The notes beneath the pieces were generated by a model. It searched no databases, was not told the DNA's origin, and was given only the letters and a program-made list of their open reading frames with translations. Below, piece after piece: positions 49,748 to 61,292 of a DNA stretch of 64,000 nt (its first letter is position 1; the number at the start of each line of letters is the position of its first letter). Origin of the DNA: Carcharhinus amblyrhynchos (Eukaryota); assembly GCA_965287045.1 (NCBI GenBank), contig OZ336895.1:28644001-28708000 (forward strand). The letters are read 5' to 3'. Position numbers and translations under genes: made by a program.

Positions 49748-51610
49748 TGGTACTCTAGCAGTGTCCTCACCAAAGTACTATACAACTCCAACATGACTTC
49801 CTTGCTTTTGTAATGTAGGCCTGATGTGCCTTTTGTAATGTATGTCCTATATGCCCTTTTCACCACCTTACTAACACGCCCTTCCACTTTCAGAGACCTA
49901 TGGACTAACACACCAAGCTCCCTTTGTTCCACAGAACCTCCTGACTGTATCATGGTCACTCCTCCCTAAGGGATCCCCACAACAAGATTATTAATGAACC
50001 CCTTATCATTACACAATGTTAAATATAGGCCAGCCTGCTCTCTGGCTGGTTCCTCAATGTACTGGTCTAAAAAGAAAATCTGGTGCACACTCCAGGAATT
50101 CATCCGCCACAGTATTATTGCTAATTTGGTTTGCCAAATTTATGTGCAGATTAAAATCTCCCAGGATTACTGTAAAACCCTTGTTACTTGCAGCTCTGAT
50201 TTTCTGTTTAATGCCTTCCCTTGCATTATCACTACAATTCGGAGGCCTAGAGACAACTCCCACCCATGTTTTCCACCCCTTGTTGCTTCTTAGCTTCACC
50301 CAGACTGATTTACATCTAGATTTTTTTGAGCCAATATCCTCTCTCACTGTTGCATTAATTTCAACCTTAACTAACAGCACCACCTCGTCTCCTTTTTCCT
50401 TTTCACTTGTCCTTCCTAAGCATGGGATATTCAATCTCCAGCTATGTTTTTGTAATTGCATTCATATTCATTTACACCTATTTTTGCTGTTAATTCATCT
50501 ATCTTATTGTGAATTCTCCACACATTCAGATACAGTGCCTTTAGACTTGTCTTCTTAACATTTTTACACTTTTTTTGTACTGTGGCACTATTTGCTGCTC
50601 GCCTTTATTTCCTTTGTCATCCATTTTTGCTTTCTGCTTTTCCATCCTTTTTTTTTGTTTCCCTCTCTTCTGTCTACCCACTCAGGTTCCCATCCCATTC
50701 TAGTTTAAACCTTCCCCCACTGTATTAATGAATATTCCCGTGAGGATATAGGGCCACGTCCTGCTGGGATGCAAACTATCCAGCTTGTACAGATTCCATC
50801 CTACCCAGAATCAGTCCCAGTGCTTCAGGAATCTAAATCTCTCCCTCCTACACCAACTCTCCAGCCTCACATTCATCTTGGCTATTCTCCTATTTCTGAT
50901 CTTGCTAACATGTGGCATTGGGAGTAATTCTGAGATTGCTGCCTTAGAAGTTCTGCTGTTGGATTTATTTCCCAACTCCCTATATTGCAGAACCTCATCT
51001 CTTTTTACCAATGTCATTGGTATTGATATGGACCATGACCTCTGGCTGTCCACCTTCCCTCTTCAGAATGTTCTGCAGCTGCTCAGAGACATCCTTGACC
51101 CTGGCACTAAGGAAGCAACATACAATCAAGTTGTCAAGTCTGCATCCACAGAAACATCTATCTGTTCCCCATATAATAGATCCCTTACCACTCCCTCTGC
51201 TCCTGTGTGGCTGAGTCTCTCAGGGTGTCATGGATTTGATTTTTGCTGCATTCCACTGAGAAAGCACCTTCTCCTAATCTGCTGAAGAGGGTGATAGACC
51301 CATGAGGCTCTTGCAATCCCTGTCTAGTGCTTTTACTCTGTCTGGCAGTCACCCATTCCCTTTCTGCCTGTGCACTCTTTGTCTGCAGATGCTTTAGCTG
51401 TGATGTGACTACCTCACTATATGTGCTTCCCACAAAGCCTTGTGGATGTTCCACAGTGACTTCAGCTGCAACTCCAGCTCTGAAACACCGCATTGGAGTA
51501 TCTGCAGTGGGAGGCACTTCTGCACACATGGTTGCCATGAACACTGGAAGTGTCCCTGACTTTCCACATCTCGCAAGAGGAGCTTCCAACATAGCCGAGT
51601 TGCCCTACCA
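49748..51610 (-). mobile_element. Degenerate CR1 material retaining ORF1 (Cys-rich N-terminus plus esterase-like domain), APE endonuclease and a short RT C-terminal piece
   Basis: Minus ORFs: 50811-51053 (YRELG..SRTSK.ISELLPMP...LESWCRRERFRFLKHWD), 50054-50461 (WVKLR..GVVSRPPN..VILGDFNL) and 49741-49959 (RELGVLVH...TLVRTLLEY). Confidence 0.8.
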
Positions 51611-52916
51611 TGACTTGCGCTACTCCCTTTACCTTTACTTCTTCTAAATTAAAGGATATTAAATATATTCCCAGGACCTTATTTTATTTCTTATAGTTAA
51701 ACACTAGTTAATTTAAATCAACCTTATTATGAAAACATCCTTACAATTACCAATAAGTTGTACAGTATTAAAAGATAAATGAGCTAAACAAGTAAGATGT
51801 TCACCAAACACTTCCATATGATGTTACACTTGATTTTTCTCCAATTCCAGTTGTCCATTGAATACTGACAACAGTGCTGCCGTCACTCCCCACACCCCAC
51901 ACTCCTTTATCTCGCAGTTCCACTCTCAATCTCCCTCTTCCTTGTGCTCTTTTACCCTCCTGGCTCTGCTCTGTCTTGCTCTTTCTCGTGCTGTTAGGGA
52001 TATGGTGCCTTTAGGTTCAAAACACCCGATCATCATAGTGTAACTATCATTAAAGCAGCATGCTGAATTATATACCTTCACAATAATAGGGTGAAAACCA
52101 AAAAAGTTAAAATTAAACTTTGCAGTGCTGTGGTCAGATTACATCTTGAGCACTGTGTTCAGTTCTCACCAAGAAATTTAAGTGTGGGAGACAGCTTATG
52201 GAAAAACCGTGGGGCTGATTGCTGTTACCAAAGGGTTGCCTCTTGAGACAAGACAATTTTCAAAGTGGCACTAAACCATCTGAGCAGTAGGATCCAAGTT
52301 CACTGAACTACGTGGCCACTGGGCTAGGAGCCAAAATAGCAGTCAGGATGTTCTATGATTGTTATCCAATGACATCTTGCTAGAAAATGTACTTCAAACA
52401 AGATGAGACTCGATTGAAACGTGCCCCATAGCTATCTACAAAAGATAGCCAAGCTTCCTCGGTTGAGTATGGCCACTTAGTTGGAATATTGTGGTGGGAT
52501 GAAGTGAAGAGAAGAGAGTGGTGGATGCCCTTGAAACGCATATCCAAGCACACCCAGTCCCTTCAGGAGAAGGGAGTAAATTGGGGAAAGATGTTAAAGG
52601 ATTGCTTACTGAGAGAGAGTTAACATTTACTGTGAATATTGAATGGATCCAAAGCGCTCAGGAGGTGGTTTCAAAATTAAAAGCAATCAGTGCTGAAGTT
52701 TAATAACATTCAGTGCAGTTTCATAAAATTGCATTCCCATGAGATTAATGAACTCAAATTCACGTTTATACATCCCAAGTCCAATCAGATTGTTTCCCTG
52801 TCCCCATTTCTCTCTTTGCATTACAGGCACCCTGCATGAAAGCCTGATCAGAAACCTGATGAGGTTTATTTAGATTATTGTATTTTGGGATTGTAGGTTT
52901 AAACACAGGATGAACA

Positions 52917-53727
52917 TGTGACGTGTTTTACAGTCTGCCCCTGACAGTAAGCTTGAATGGTTTGATTATTTGAAGTCAAAGGAACACTTAGATTATCTTA
53001 CTGGGAGGGGGTGGCAAGGTATTTGTGCTTGGAGACAATGACAGCATACTCTGGGTTTAGCAGGAGTAGTACCCAAAGTCCCACAAAGGTGTTGGTATTG
53101 GGCTGTCAACAGTTGTGCTTAGACAGTCTATTTACTAAAATAAAAGGTAGTTGAAGTCAAGAATAGCTAATTAGCGTTTCCACCTAGATGCAAAGATAAT
53201 ATATTTATGTTGCCTTGGGAAAGAGGGCAGTGGAAGCCGTTTTTGAAATCAGAGAACTTCACCAACAGACAGCAGAGTTCTGCGCAGTCAGCAGGAAAAA
53301 GGCCACTTAATTTTGCAAGCTATCACAGCCGGATACAAGTCTCTAGTTGAAAGTACAGGTCCTGCAACCTTCAGATGATTCTGGGAGATTTATTTCGACA
53401 TTGGACAGGATTACTGCTGGTGGAGGATTTAACAAACTCTCTGAAAACTAAGGAATGTGTCTGAAAATGGTTACTTGCAAGGATACAGGAAGCTGGGAGC
53501 AGATGTGGACTGTTTGCTAAAAGGACTGTAATTCTGAAGTGTCTGCCATTTATGACAAGTATACTTGAGGAACACGTTCTGTAGTAATGGTATAAGAATA
53601 ATGTTTAGCCAATAGTTTTTTTAGTCATTTGTTACAATAAAAGTTTTAAAATGCCTGGTCATTCTTTCAGCTAAAAGCTGAAAGTTCAGAAATCTTTAAA
53701 GATCACCAGTCTCTACGGAGACTCATG
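52917..53727 (+). mobile_element. Possible solo LTR
   Basis: Begins TG(TGAC), has an internal AATAAA at 53636 and no ORF. No partner LTR or TSD was confirmed; this is an impression only. Confidence 0.2.
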
Positions 53728-53825
53728 CTTTTCTCTCTGTTCCAACCTATCACAAACTTCCCTTTTTTTTTCTGTTTAATGAATATTACTGTGATCATTG
53801 CTTCTCTCAGCTTTCTCCTCTTACG

Positions 53826-55550
53826 TAAGAACATAAGAAATAGGAGCAGGAGTAGACCATCTAGCCCTTTGAGCCTGCCCCGCCATTCAATAAGATCATG
53901 GCTGATCTGAAGTGGCTCAGTTCCACTTTCCCGCCTTCTCCCCATAACCCTTAATCCCCTTGCCTATCAAAAAACCTATCTACCCGCGTCTTAAATATAT
54001 TTAGCGAGGCAGCCTCCACCACTTCAACGGGCAGAGAATTCCAGAGATTCACCACCCTTTGAGTAAAGAAGTTCCTCCTCAACTCCGTTCTAAACTGCAC
54101 CCCCCCTTATCTTGAGGCTGTGCCCCCTAGTCCTACTGTTCTTTCTGAGTGGGAAGAGCCTCTCCACCTCTATCCTATCCATCCCATTCATCATCATATA
54201 CGTCTTAATGAGATCTCCCCTCATTCTTCTAAACTCTAACAAGTACAAGCCTAGTTTATTCAGCCTCTCCTCATAGCTCAACCCCCTCAACTCCGGTATC
54301 AGCCTAGTGAACCTCCTCTGCACTCCTTCCAAGGCCACAATATCCTTGCGTAAGTGCGGCGACCAAAACTGCACACAGTACTCCAGCTGCGGCCTCACCA
54401 GTGCCCTGTACAGTTGCAGCAAGACCTCCCTACTTTTATATTCAGTCCCCCTCGCTATGAAGGCCAGCATCCCATTTGCCTTCCTGACCACCTGCTGCAC
54501 CTACAGGCTGGGTTTTTGCGACTCACGCACGAGGACCCTGAGGTCCCTCTGCACCGTAGCATGCTGCAGTTTTTCGCCATGTAAGTAGTAGTCCTTCCTA
54601 CCATTATTCCTACCAAAGTGGACAACTTCACACTTGCCAACATTAAATTCCATTTGCCAGTTCCTGGCCCATTCGCCCAGCCTATCTAGATCCTTCTGCA
54701 GACTTTCCACACCCTCCGTACAATTTGCCGTTCCACCAATCTTGGTGTCATCAGCAAATTTCGGTTCCCTCCTCCAGATCATCTACATAAATGGTAAATA
54801 GCTGAGGCCCCAGCACCGATCCCTGGGGCACTCCACTAGTCACCAGCTGTCAATCCGAATAGCACCCATTGACCCCCACTCTCTGCCTCCTATTTGACAG
54901 CCAATCCCCTATCCACGCTAACACCCTACCCCCAGCTCCATGCCCCCTAACCTTCTATAACAACCTCTTGTGCGGCACCTTATCAAACGCCTTCTGAAAA
55001 TCAAGAAACACCACATCCACCGGTTCTCTATCCACCGCACTAGACACATCCTCATAGAATTCCAATAAATTCATCAGACACGACTTCCCCTTAATGAAAC
55101 CATGCTGCGTCTGCTCTATCAAACAGTTCTCCTCAAGATGCCTCGCTATTTTCTCCTTGATTAAGGATTCAAGCATTTTACCTACAACAGACGTTAAACT
55201 AACCGGCCTATAATTCCCTGCCTTTTGCCTGCTACCCTTCTTAAACAACGGCGTAACATTAGCCGTTTTCCAATCTTCCGGCACTTCCCCGGAATCCAGC
55301 GAGGTTTGGAAAATAATCATCAAGGCATCCACTATCACCTCTGCCAGAACCCTTGGATGCATTCCATCCAGTCCTGGGGACTTGTCCACAGTCAGTCCCT
55401 CCAGTCTGTCGAGCACCGCCTCTCTAGTAACAATAATGTCATTCAGGCCCTCCACTCCTACCATCTTCCCATCACTAACACCCGGCAAACTATTCACGTC
55501 CTCCTCCGTGAAGACCGAAGCAAAAAAGTTATTCAAGGCCTCAGCCATTT
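53826..55550 (-). mobile_element. Young CR1 (HER1-like) LINE, 5'-truncated
   Basis: Minus ORFs 54955-55548, 54501-54782 and 54090-54500 closely match the 10581-12470 copy; tail 'taagaacataagaaataggagcagg'. Confidence 0.95.
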
Positions 55551-56100
55551 GTTCCTCTTGTTCCTCTTTAACTCCAAATGTCGCTGTCTTTTTCCTCCTC
55601 TTGTGTTGAAATCAAAATCGTTGCCATCTCTAATTGTAATTTGTTCATTCTTTCCCTCAAAACTTTCGAGTTCCCAGCATAGCTTACTGTGAACACACTT
55701 TTGTGGGGGTACAGTACTGACTCGCTGGAGTACAGTCCATGGGGCGCCAATTCTTGCTGGAGTAACAACATAACCAGAGTGATCACAATGAGATTCAACT
55801 TGAACAGAGATCTGTGAATCCACTTGAAGAAGCTCATCCTCTCACCCCATCAGCTTCAAGATGTATCTTAAAGCGTTAAAGATTGTTTCCAAACAGCAAA
55901 CAATCACGTCACTAGCATCCAAACATTGTTCAGCAAGATGTCCATGTCTGACTGTAACTTATAGCCTGTTCAGTGATCTGGACATTTTCTGCTGAGTATA
56001 ATGCATCTTGCAACAGCTCCTTGGAGTAGTCCTTCTCACAATTAGAGTGTAAATCACTTAAAATTCGATGTTGATTTTCTTTTCCTTTCTTTTTCAACAG

Positions 56101-56169
56101 GAGGCTCAGGAAAGTTACCTGGAAAAAGCTGAGGAGTTGTATTCTGTTATGTGTACTGCTGCAGATAAG
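56101..56169 (+). CDS. WDR18: WDR18 penultimate coding exon, 69 nt
   Basis: Strong polypyrimidine tract ttttcttttcctttctttttcaacAG ending at 56100; donor AAG|GTTGGT. Phase 0-0, translating EAQESYLEKAEELYSVMCTAADK (cf. WDR18 'SYLDRTEQLQAVLCSTMEK'); in frame with the previous exon. Confidence 0.92.
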
Positions 56170-56799
56170 GTTGGTTCAGTTTTATAATAGGTTCTTTGTC
56201 ATGTGCAGTTTAAACTCTGTGCCAGATTCTTCTTCTGTTGATTCCAAAGATTATTTTTAAAATGAGTTTTTTCAGTTTCAATCTGCTTTGTACTGGACAT
56301 TGGCCCACAGGCTCTAATTCAGCATTGATAGACAATCTCACTGATAAACACACACAATGGTGTACGTGGCAATGGAAAAATATCACGTGTTGCAGTCGGC
56401 ACCATTTCTGAGGTTAAGCCTCAGGTTCATTACTGGAACAGAAAGGGAGCTCCATTCTTCATCTGGGAGTTTCAAAGAACCTATGATGTGCTTGATGGGT
56501 AATGTGGAAGGTGCCACACGTAACCTGGGACGTCTTGTTGCTGATAATGGGTCTCTGAAAGAAGAAGGCATTGCATTTCCCCTCAACGTGAGGAATCTAA
56601 AACTTACCATATGAAAATATATTTCTTGAACCAAAATATCTGATTAATGAATTATTAGATGAGCAAGAAAGTGTGTCATCAGTTGAACAATATAAGAATA
56701 ACTTGTGGGGAGGGGAACCTTTCAGCATGAAGGCACATCATTGCATACAAAGCTCTGCACTTTTGATAACTTTTCTAGCCTCTCTCTGTCATTAGAAGA

Positions 56800-56912
56800 A
56801 TAAAGTGCTGGAAAACCTCAGTATGTCCAGTAGCATCTGTGAAGAGGGCAACAGGGTTAACATTTTGAGTCCAATGTGATTCTCTGGGAGTAATATTGGA
56901 TTTGAAACATTA
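56800..56912. mobile_element. Penelope pseudo-LTR scrap with fold-back
   Basis: 'tgctggaaaacctcag...gcatctgtgaagag', as at 8640 and 18640, followed by an imperfect palindrome. Confidence 0.55.
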
Positions 56913-57511
56913 ACTGTTTCACTGGTAATTTGATACTTTTCTCCACCAACATTGCTTTCCCCATTTCAATGATTTTTGTCTCCATATTGGCAAAAGCATT
57001 GAAAATTTTGAATTATATTATCTCTTTTTTCAGCTCTAAATAATGTGTCCCACACAATAGTCATCCTTCCTATATCCACATTATGTTGACCTGTTAACTA
57101 CGCTCATTCTAACCTCATTCTAGTAATAGTCCCAGTATAAATTTTCCAGAATCACTCAATTTTGGGATTGGGAGACATTATTCCTTTCACCTTTGTTTGA
57201 TGTGTTGAGATCAAGCTTCATCTAACTGACATCTAGGATTTCAGCTGTGGAGCACCTCATGTTCCTTGGCCTTCCCTTCTCCACCAAGCTTGTAAAACAT
57301 TGTTGATATCCTTCCCATGGGTTTCTGGATATAAGTTGCTTGGCAGAGTCCATTGAGTCAAAAGCTCTCTCAACAGTATTCCACATGAAAACCAATTTTT
57401 TCCACTATTTTTCTACTGACTGAAGAATAGTTTCTCATGCAACAAAAGCAGCATCCTGGAAATTAACAGCAAGCCTGTCAGCATCTTTAAGGAGAAATAC
57501 TAGATTAATGT

Positions 57512-57672
57512 AATAGAGTATTACAGCATAAAAAGAGATCCCTCAGCCCATTGTGTCTGTGCCGGCATGAGATATCTATCTATTCTAATCCTATTTTCCA
57601 GCACTTGGTCCATAACCCTATATGCTATGGCATTTCAAGTGCTCACGTAAATGCTGCTTAAATGTTCTGAGA
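57512..57672 (-). mobile_element. CR1 3' tail fragment
   Basis: 'cagcccattgtgtctgtgccggc...ttccagcacttggtccata...caagtgctca..aaatgc..cttaaatg'. Confidence 0.55.
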
Positions 57673-57879
57673 TTGTTTTGGGCGCAAAATCTGCAAGGTA
57701 ATAGCAAAAGATCAGCCTGGTTTTGACACTTGCCTGATTCAATTTGATTTGATTTCCAGCTTTGCGATTTTAGTCAATATTGTATTTTCAAATGACCCAT
57801 TTAAATATTTACTGTTAATATAAAAATATGGCAAAGTTTGTAATGTATTGTTCAGATACATTTTTCTTTTCCTTTGCAG

Positions 57880-58008
57880 CATATGCTGGGAGATGGAGAG
57901 AACACAAAAATTAGAGTGGCTGAGCTGGAAGATGAAGTGAAAACTCTGAAAAAGATCAATAGAGACTTGTATGATTTTTCAGTACAAGTTCTGACCAAAC
58001 AGACATAA
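57880..58008 (+). CDS. WDR18: WDR18 last coding exon (C-terminal coiled coil) with stop codon
   Basis: Acceptor tttttcttttcctttgcAG ending at 57879. Translates HMLGDGENTKIRVAELEDEVKTLKKINRDLYDFSVQVLTKQT* with TAA at 58006-58008; matches the WDR18 C-terminal motif 'RVxELEDEVxxLxKINRDLFDFS'. Confidence 0.95.
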   Translation, partial: HMLGDGENTKIRVAELEDEVKTLKKINRDLYDFSVQVLTKQT

Positions 58009-59370
58009 GTAGCAGAATGGGGCAAGAAAATGCTGCAAATTATGCAGTATCCAGCGTCAGGTTTTTATTGGTGTTATATCAGTACAGACATTCATAGACT
58101 TGGTAAAATGAATTGGTAACCTTGAGTACTTCCAGTTATGGCCCAATTTAGGAGTCTGTTTAATTTGAAGTATTTGGCTGAATTCAGAGGTCACGGGTGT
58201 TTGTGTCCCATGTGTCTTTCCACTCATAGAGTCAGAACCACTTAAGTCAGATGATTCTCGATCTCCTTTTGTACTGGCCTTGTTGGCCTGTTAACTATGT
58301 TCGTTCTATCCTGTATACTTGTCACGGTCCCAGTATAAGTTTTCCCAATCCACTCAATTTTGGGACTGGGGGACAATATTCCTTTTATCTTTGTATGGTT
58401 TGTATTTTGTGAATCTGTTTGTAAGTGCATTACTGCCCTACATATTTATTCCACATGTGGCCGCTTGAATCCTTTTATGCTTCTAAATGCTCTTCGCCGG
58501 TTTGTCCTGTTTGAACTTTGTGAGCTATAAGATATGGAAAAGATTGTTCTCCTGTCACCACATTGGGGTTAAGATCTGTTGTGTGAGTACCTTTTGTAGG
58601 CAAACTAAAGGAAACATGGCTTTAAACCTCACCTGTGGCCTGAAGCTCTGTGGTACATACATGAGGCCTCATAGACAGAAGGCTTGGACGTTCAAATACT
58701 AAATTAATAGTTTCCAATTCTGTGCAGATTGTGAAGTTTTGATTGAACTTGAAAGCTTAAGCTTTGTATTTGAAAAACAGCTCACATTTGCTGTCTCTTT
58801 CATGCACTCATTTTGTCACCTAGGGTGGTGATACCCAGCTGTGGAATATCACCACGACTGCAGGTCAACCCTCTGATCTCTGACCAAACAATAATACTGT
58901 TAGCAAGTGTAGTTAACTTAAATTCATATAGAATTTAAGAGTTTACAAGGAATCCTGGCTCCCTTCTTCCTGTGGGGATGTTGCCTGTTACTTGACAACT
59001 TTCCACATTGTTGCATTGAAATCAGAAGCTCTGTGTAGGAAAAATCACAGGCATGGACCCACATTCCATTTGGGGCATTCCAGAGTGTGATCATTAACTA
59101 AGATAAAATTGGAATTGCTGTATCTCTGGAGTAACCGATCATGTAACACAGTTCTCACACTTGGAATGGCTAGCGCTTTTGTTGCTATTTATGTCAATCT
59201 GACTGTGTGGTTTGATTGACAGAAGCATTTAGAATCTCTGCTCCCCTCACAACGTTTGGGCAATCTACTCTGTGCCTCGTATTTGAATTGAATCAATTTG
59301 TTTCTTGAGAATCTTGTACATATCTGGAATATCTGACATTTTTAAATAAACTCTTTGAAAATGAGCCACA
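58009..59370 (+). other. WDR18: Putative WDR18 3' UTR
   Basis: Follows the stop codon, lacks recognisable young repeats, and ends near the first AATAAA I noticed (59345). The true 3' end is not determinable from sequence. Confidence 0.5.
59345..59350 (+). promoter_or_regulatory. Candidate polyadenylation signal AATAAA
   Basis: Canonical hexamer about 1.3 kb downstream of the WDR18 stop, preceded by a U-rich stretch. Confidence 0.5.
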
Positions 59371-60465
59371 AATGCTGTGAACGTTCAACTATGCAGTTAC
59401 TTCAAATATAATTCAGCATCAGATTAATCTTACGCTAATGCTGACTACAATCTTTAAGTGACGTTTTACTACTGGAATTTGTTTCATTCTTCCTATTGTA
59501 GAATAGCAGCTGAACTTACACAAAGTTTAGAAGCTCAATATTATGAGGGAAAACCTTTCTTTAAAAATTCTCTAACTACAAAGGTAAATAAGTCAAGAAC
59601 AAGCGCAGTTACCAAATTTCAAATAACATTTAACAAAACCTTTCTTATAAGGCAAATAGAAGAATAGTTAACAAATTTAATGAAAAGGTTAAAAAGTGAT
59701 TCAGCAACTAAAGGCAGAGTTAGGGGTAAGTGGGAAATACTTTGACTGAGGAAAAGTAATTAGTGGCACTTTACAAGGATGTGTTATGGCTCCTGAGATA
59801 GTTACAAATTAGTGATTGAAATGGACAGCAATAGCATTAGATTTGCTGATTTGTGGACATGTAACAAGCAAAAAGGAAGACTGATTACCCTTACAGAAAC
59901 TTGGGCCAATTATTTGGCTCGGATGTATTTAAATCTAAATAGACAAGCTAATGCTTGTAGGTATAGATAACAAAAAATATAAATGATATGAACAATGTAG
60001 TTGACAGATCCTGAACAGAAAATAATTGGGGAGCAATCACAGGTCTCGAGGATTAAATTGTTTGAACAATTATTGATATGGCAAATAAGGTTCTGGGATG
60101 TTTCTGGAGGACAATAATTCTCCACAATTGAAGGGCCTACTAATTACACTCTGCGACCACAGTGGAGAAGACCTCTTTCTTCAGGTACCTGGGAAACAGA
60201 ACCTCCGCAACAAGACAGCATCATCAGAGTGACAGGAAATGGGAACCATTCAACGCTCTAAATGAAATACTGTGGGATTACATCCAGAATACAAACTTTT
60301 AATCCATCTGCTATGTATATACAACATAAGGTGGTAACTGTTCCACAGAAAGCCAACATTGATACCATCAGCGGGGGAACAGAATTGCAGCAGCAAGGCA
60401 AATGAGAACGGAAATTAAAAACTGGAAATGCCCTGCCGATGTGGCAACATTTGTAGAAAGAGAAG

Positions 60466-60504
60466 CAATTTACGTTTCAGGTCGATAACTTTTCATCAGA
60501 AATG
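60466..60504 (-). ncRNA. Minimal type-I hammerhead ribozyme motif in a Penelope pseudo-LTR remnant (~60400-60505)
   Basis: Minus strand reads cattt-CTGATGA-a-aagtt-atc-gacct-GAAA-CGT-A-aattg: intact core, palindromic ACGT, GUA triplet, helix I with 4 of 5 pairs. Confidence 0.6.
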
Positions 60505-61273
60505 AGAGCAGACTCTAATAGAAAAAACCTGCAGGATTCAGTTGGTGAGAATGGTACCTCAAGGCTTGCAATTTGATGCAAGTGATACCAGGGAGAAAAT
60601 AACCGCTCCTCGTATGAGCCTCACTGGTGATGAATGCAGTTACTAAGACCACTGCAAAGAAACATCTGTAATGTGGAACCAATTGGCACATAGAGTATGC
60701 AAAAAAGGGAAATGATAACCATTCTGCCACTTGCTCTACTGAGTTCTAACCTGCATCTGGTTTGTGCTACTATGGCTAACCTGGAAGGACATGATGCAAA
60801 TACTGAGCATAAAAAAAAGCACCCGTCCTATTTCTCAATCTTCATGAGCGTAGCAAATCATCTACTGTATTTAAATCAACCTCCAGAAATCCTCTGGGTG
60901 ATTGATAAGTAGCTCTTTATAATACAGATTATATAATTGATTATAAACCCATGAAGACTGAACTGAATTTACTGATTGAATTTTTATTTTGACTGTTCAT
61001 CAAAATGCAATCTTCTAGATAATCCCATTCTGTGAGCTATTTAGGTATTAATTGAATAATTGTCATTCGGATGCACTGATACAGTGCGCTGCAGTTGTTG
61101 CAAGAATTTGTTTCATGTGGGTGTCTCATTTTTTGTAATATAAATGATAATTTATACCTTTCTGCTGAAAGAGGAAAGTATTTTCTCTGAGCCATCTCCC
61201 ATGACCAATGGCTCAGTCGGATTCAATTTACCACCGTAGCAATTCAACTTTTAACATACCTGTGAAGCAGATC

Positions 61274-61292
61274 TGTGTGTGTGTGTGTGTGT
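61274..61292 (+). repeat. (TG)n microsatellite
   Basis: About 9.5 TG units. Confidence 0.95.

Noticed and set aside
52830-52900. GAAA...CTGATGA cluster as a hammerhead or C/D-box snoRNA
   Set aside because: The required helices do not form, and no convincing D box with a terminal stem follows.
55533-55837. Two minus-strand ORFs of 96 and 89 aa next to the CR1 5' end
   Set aside because: No recognisable domain; they adjoin or run into the CR1 junction.
56357-56634. Overlapping 85-aa (+) and 83-aa (-) ORFs in the last intron, with a minus-strand GTAAGT near 56607
   Set aside because: No recognisable protein similarity or matching exon structure; ORFs of this length are expected by chance.
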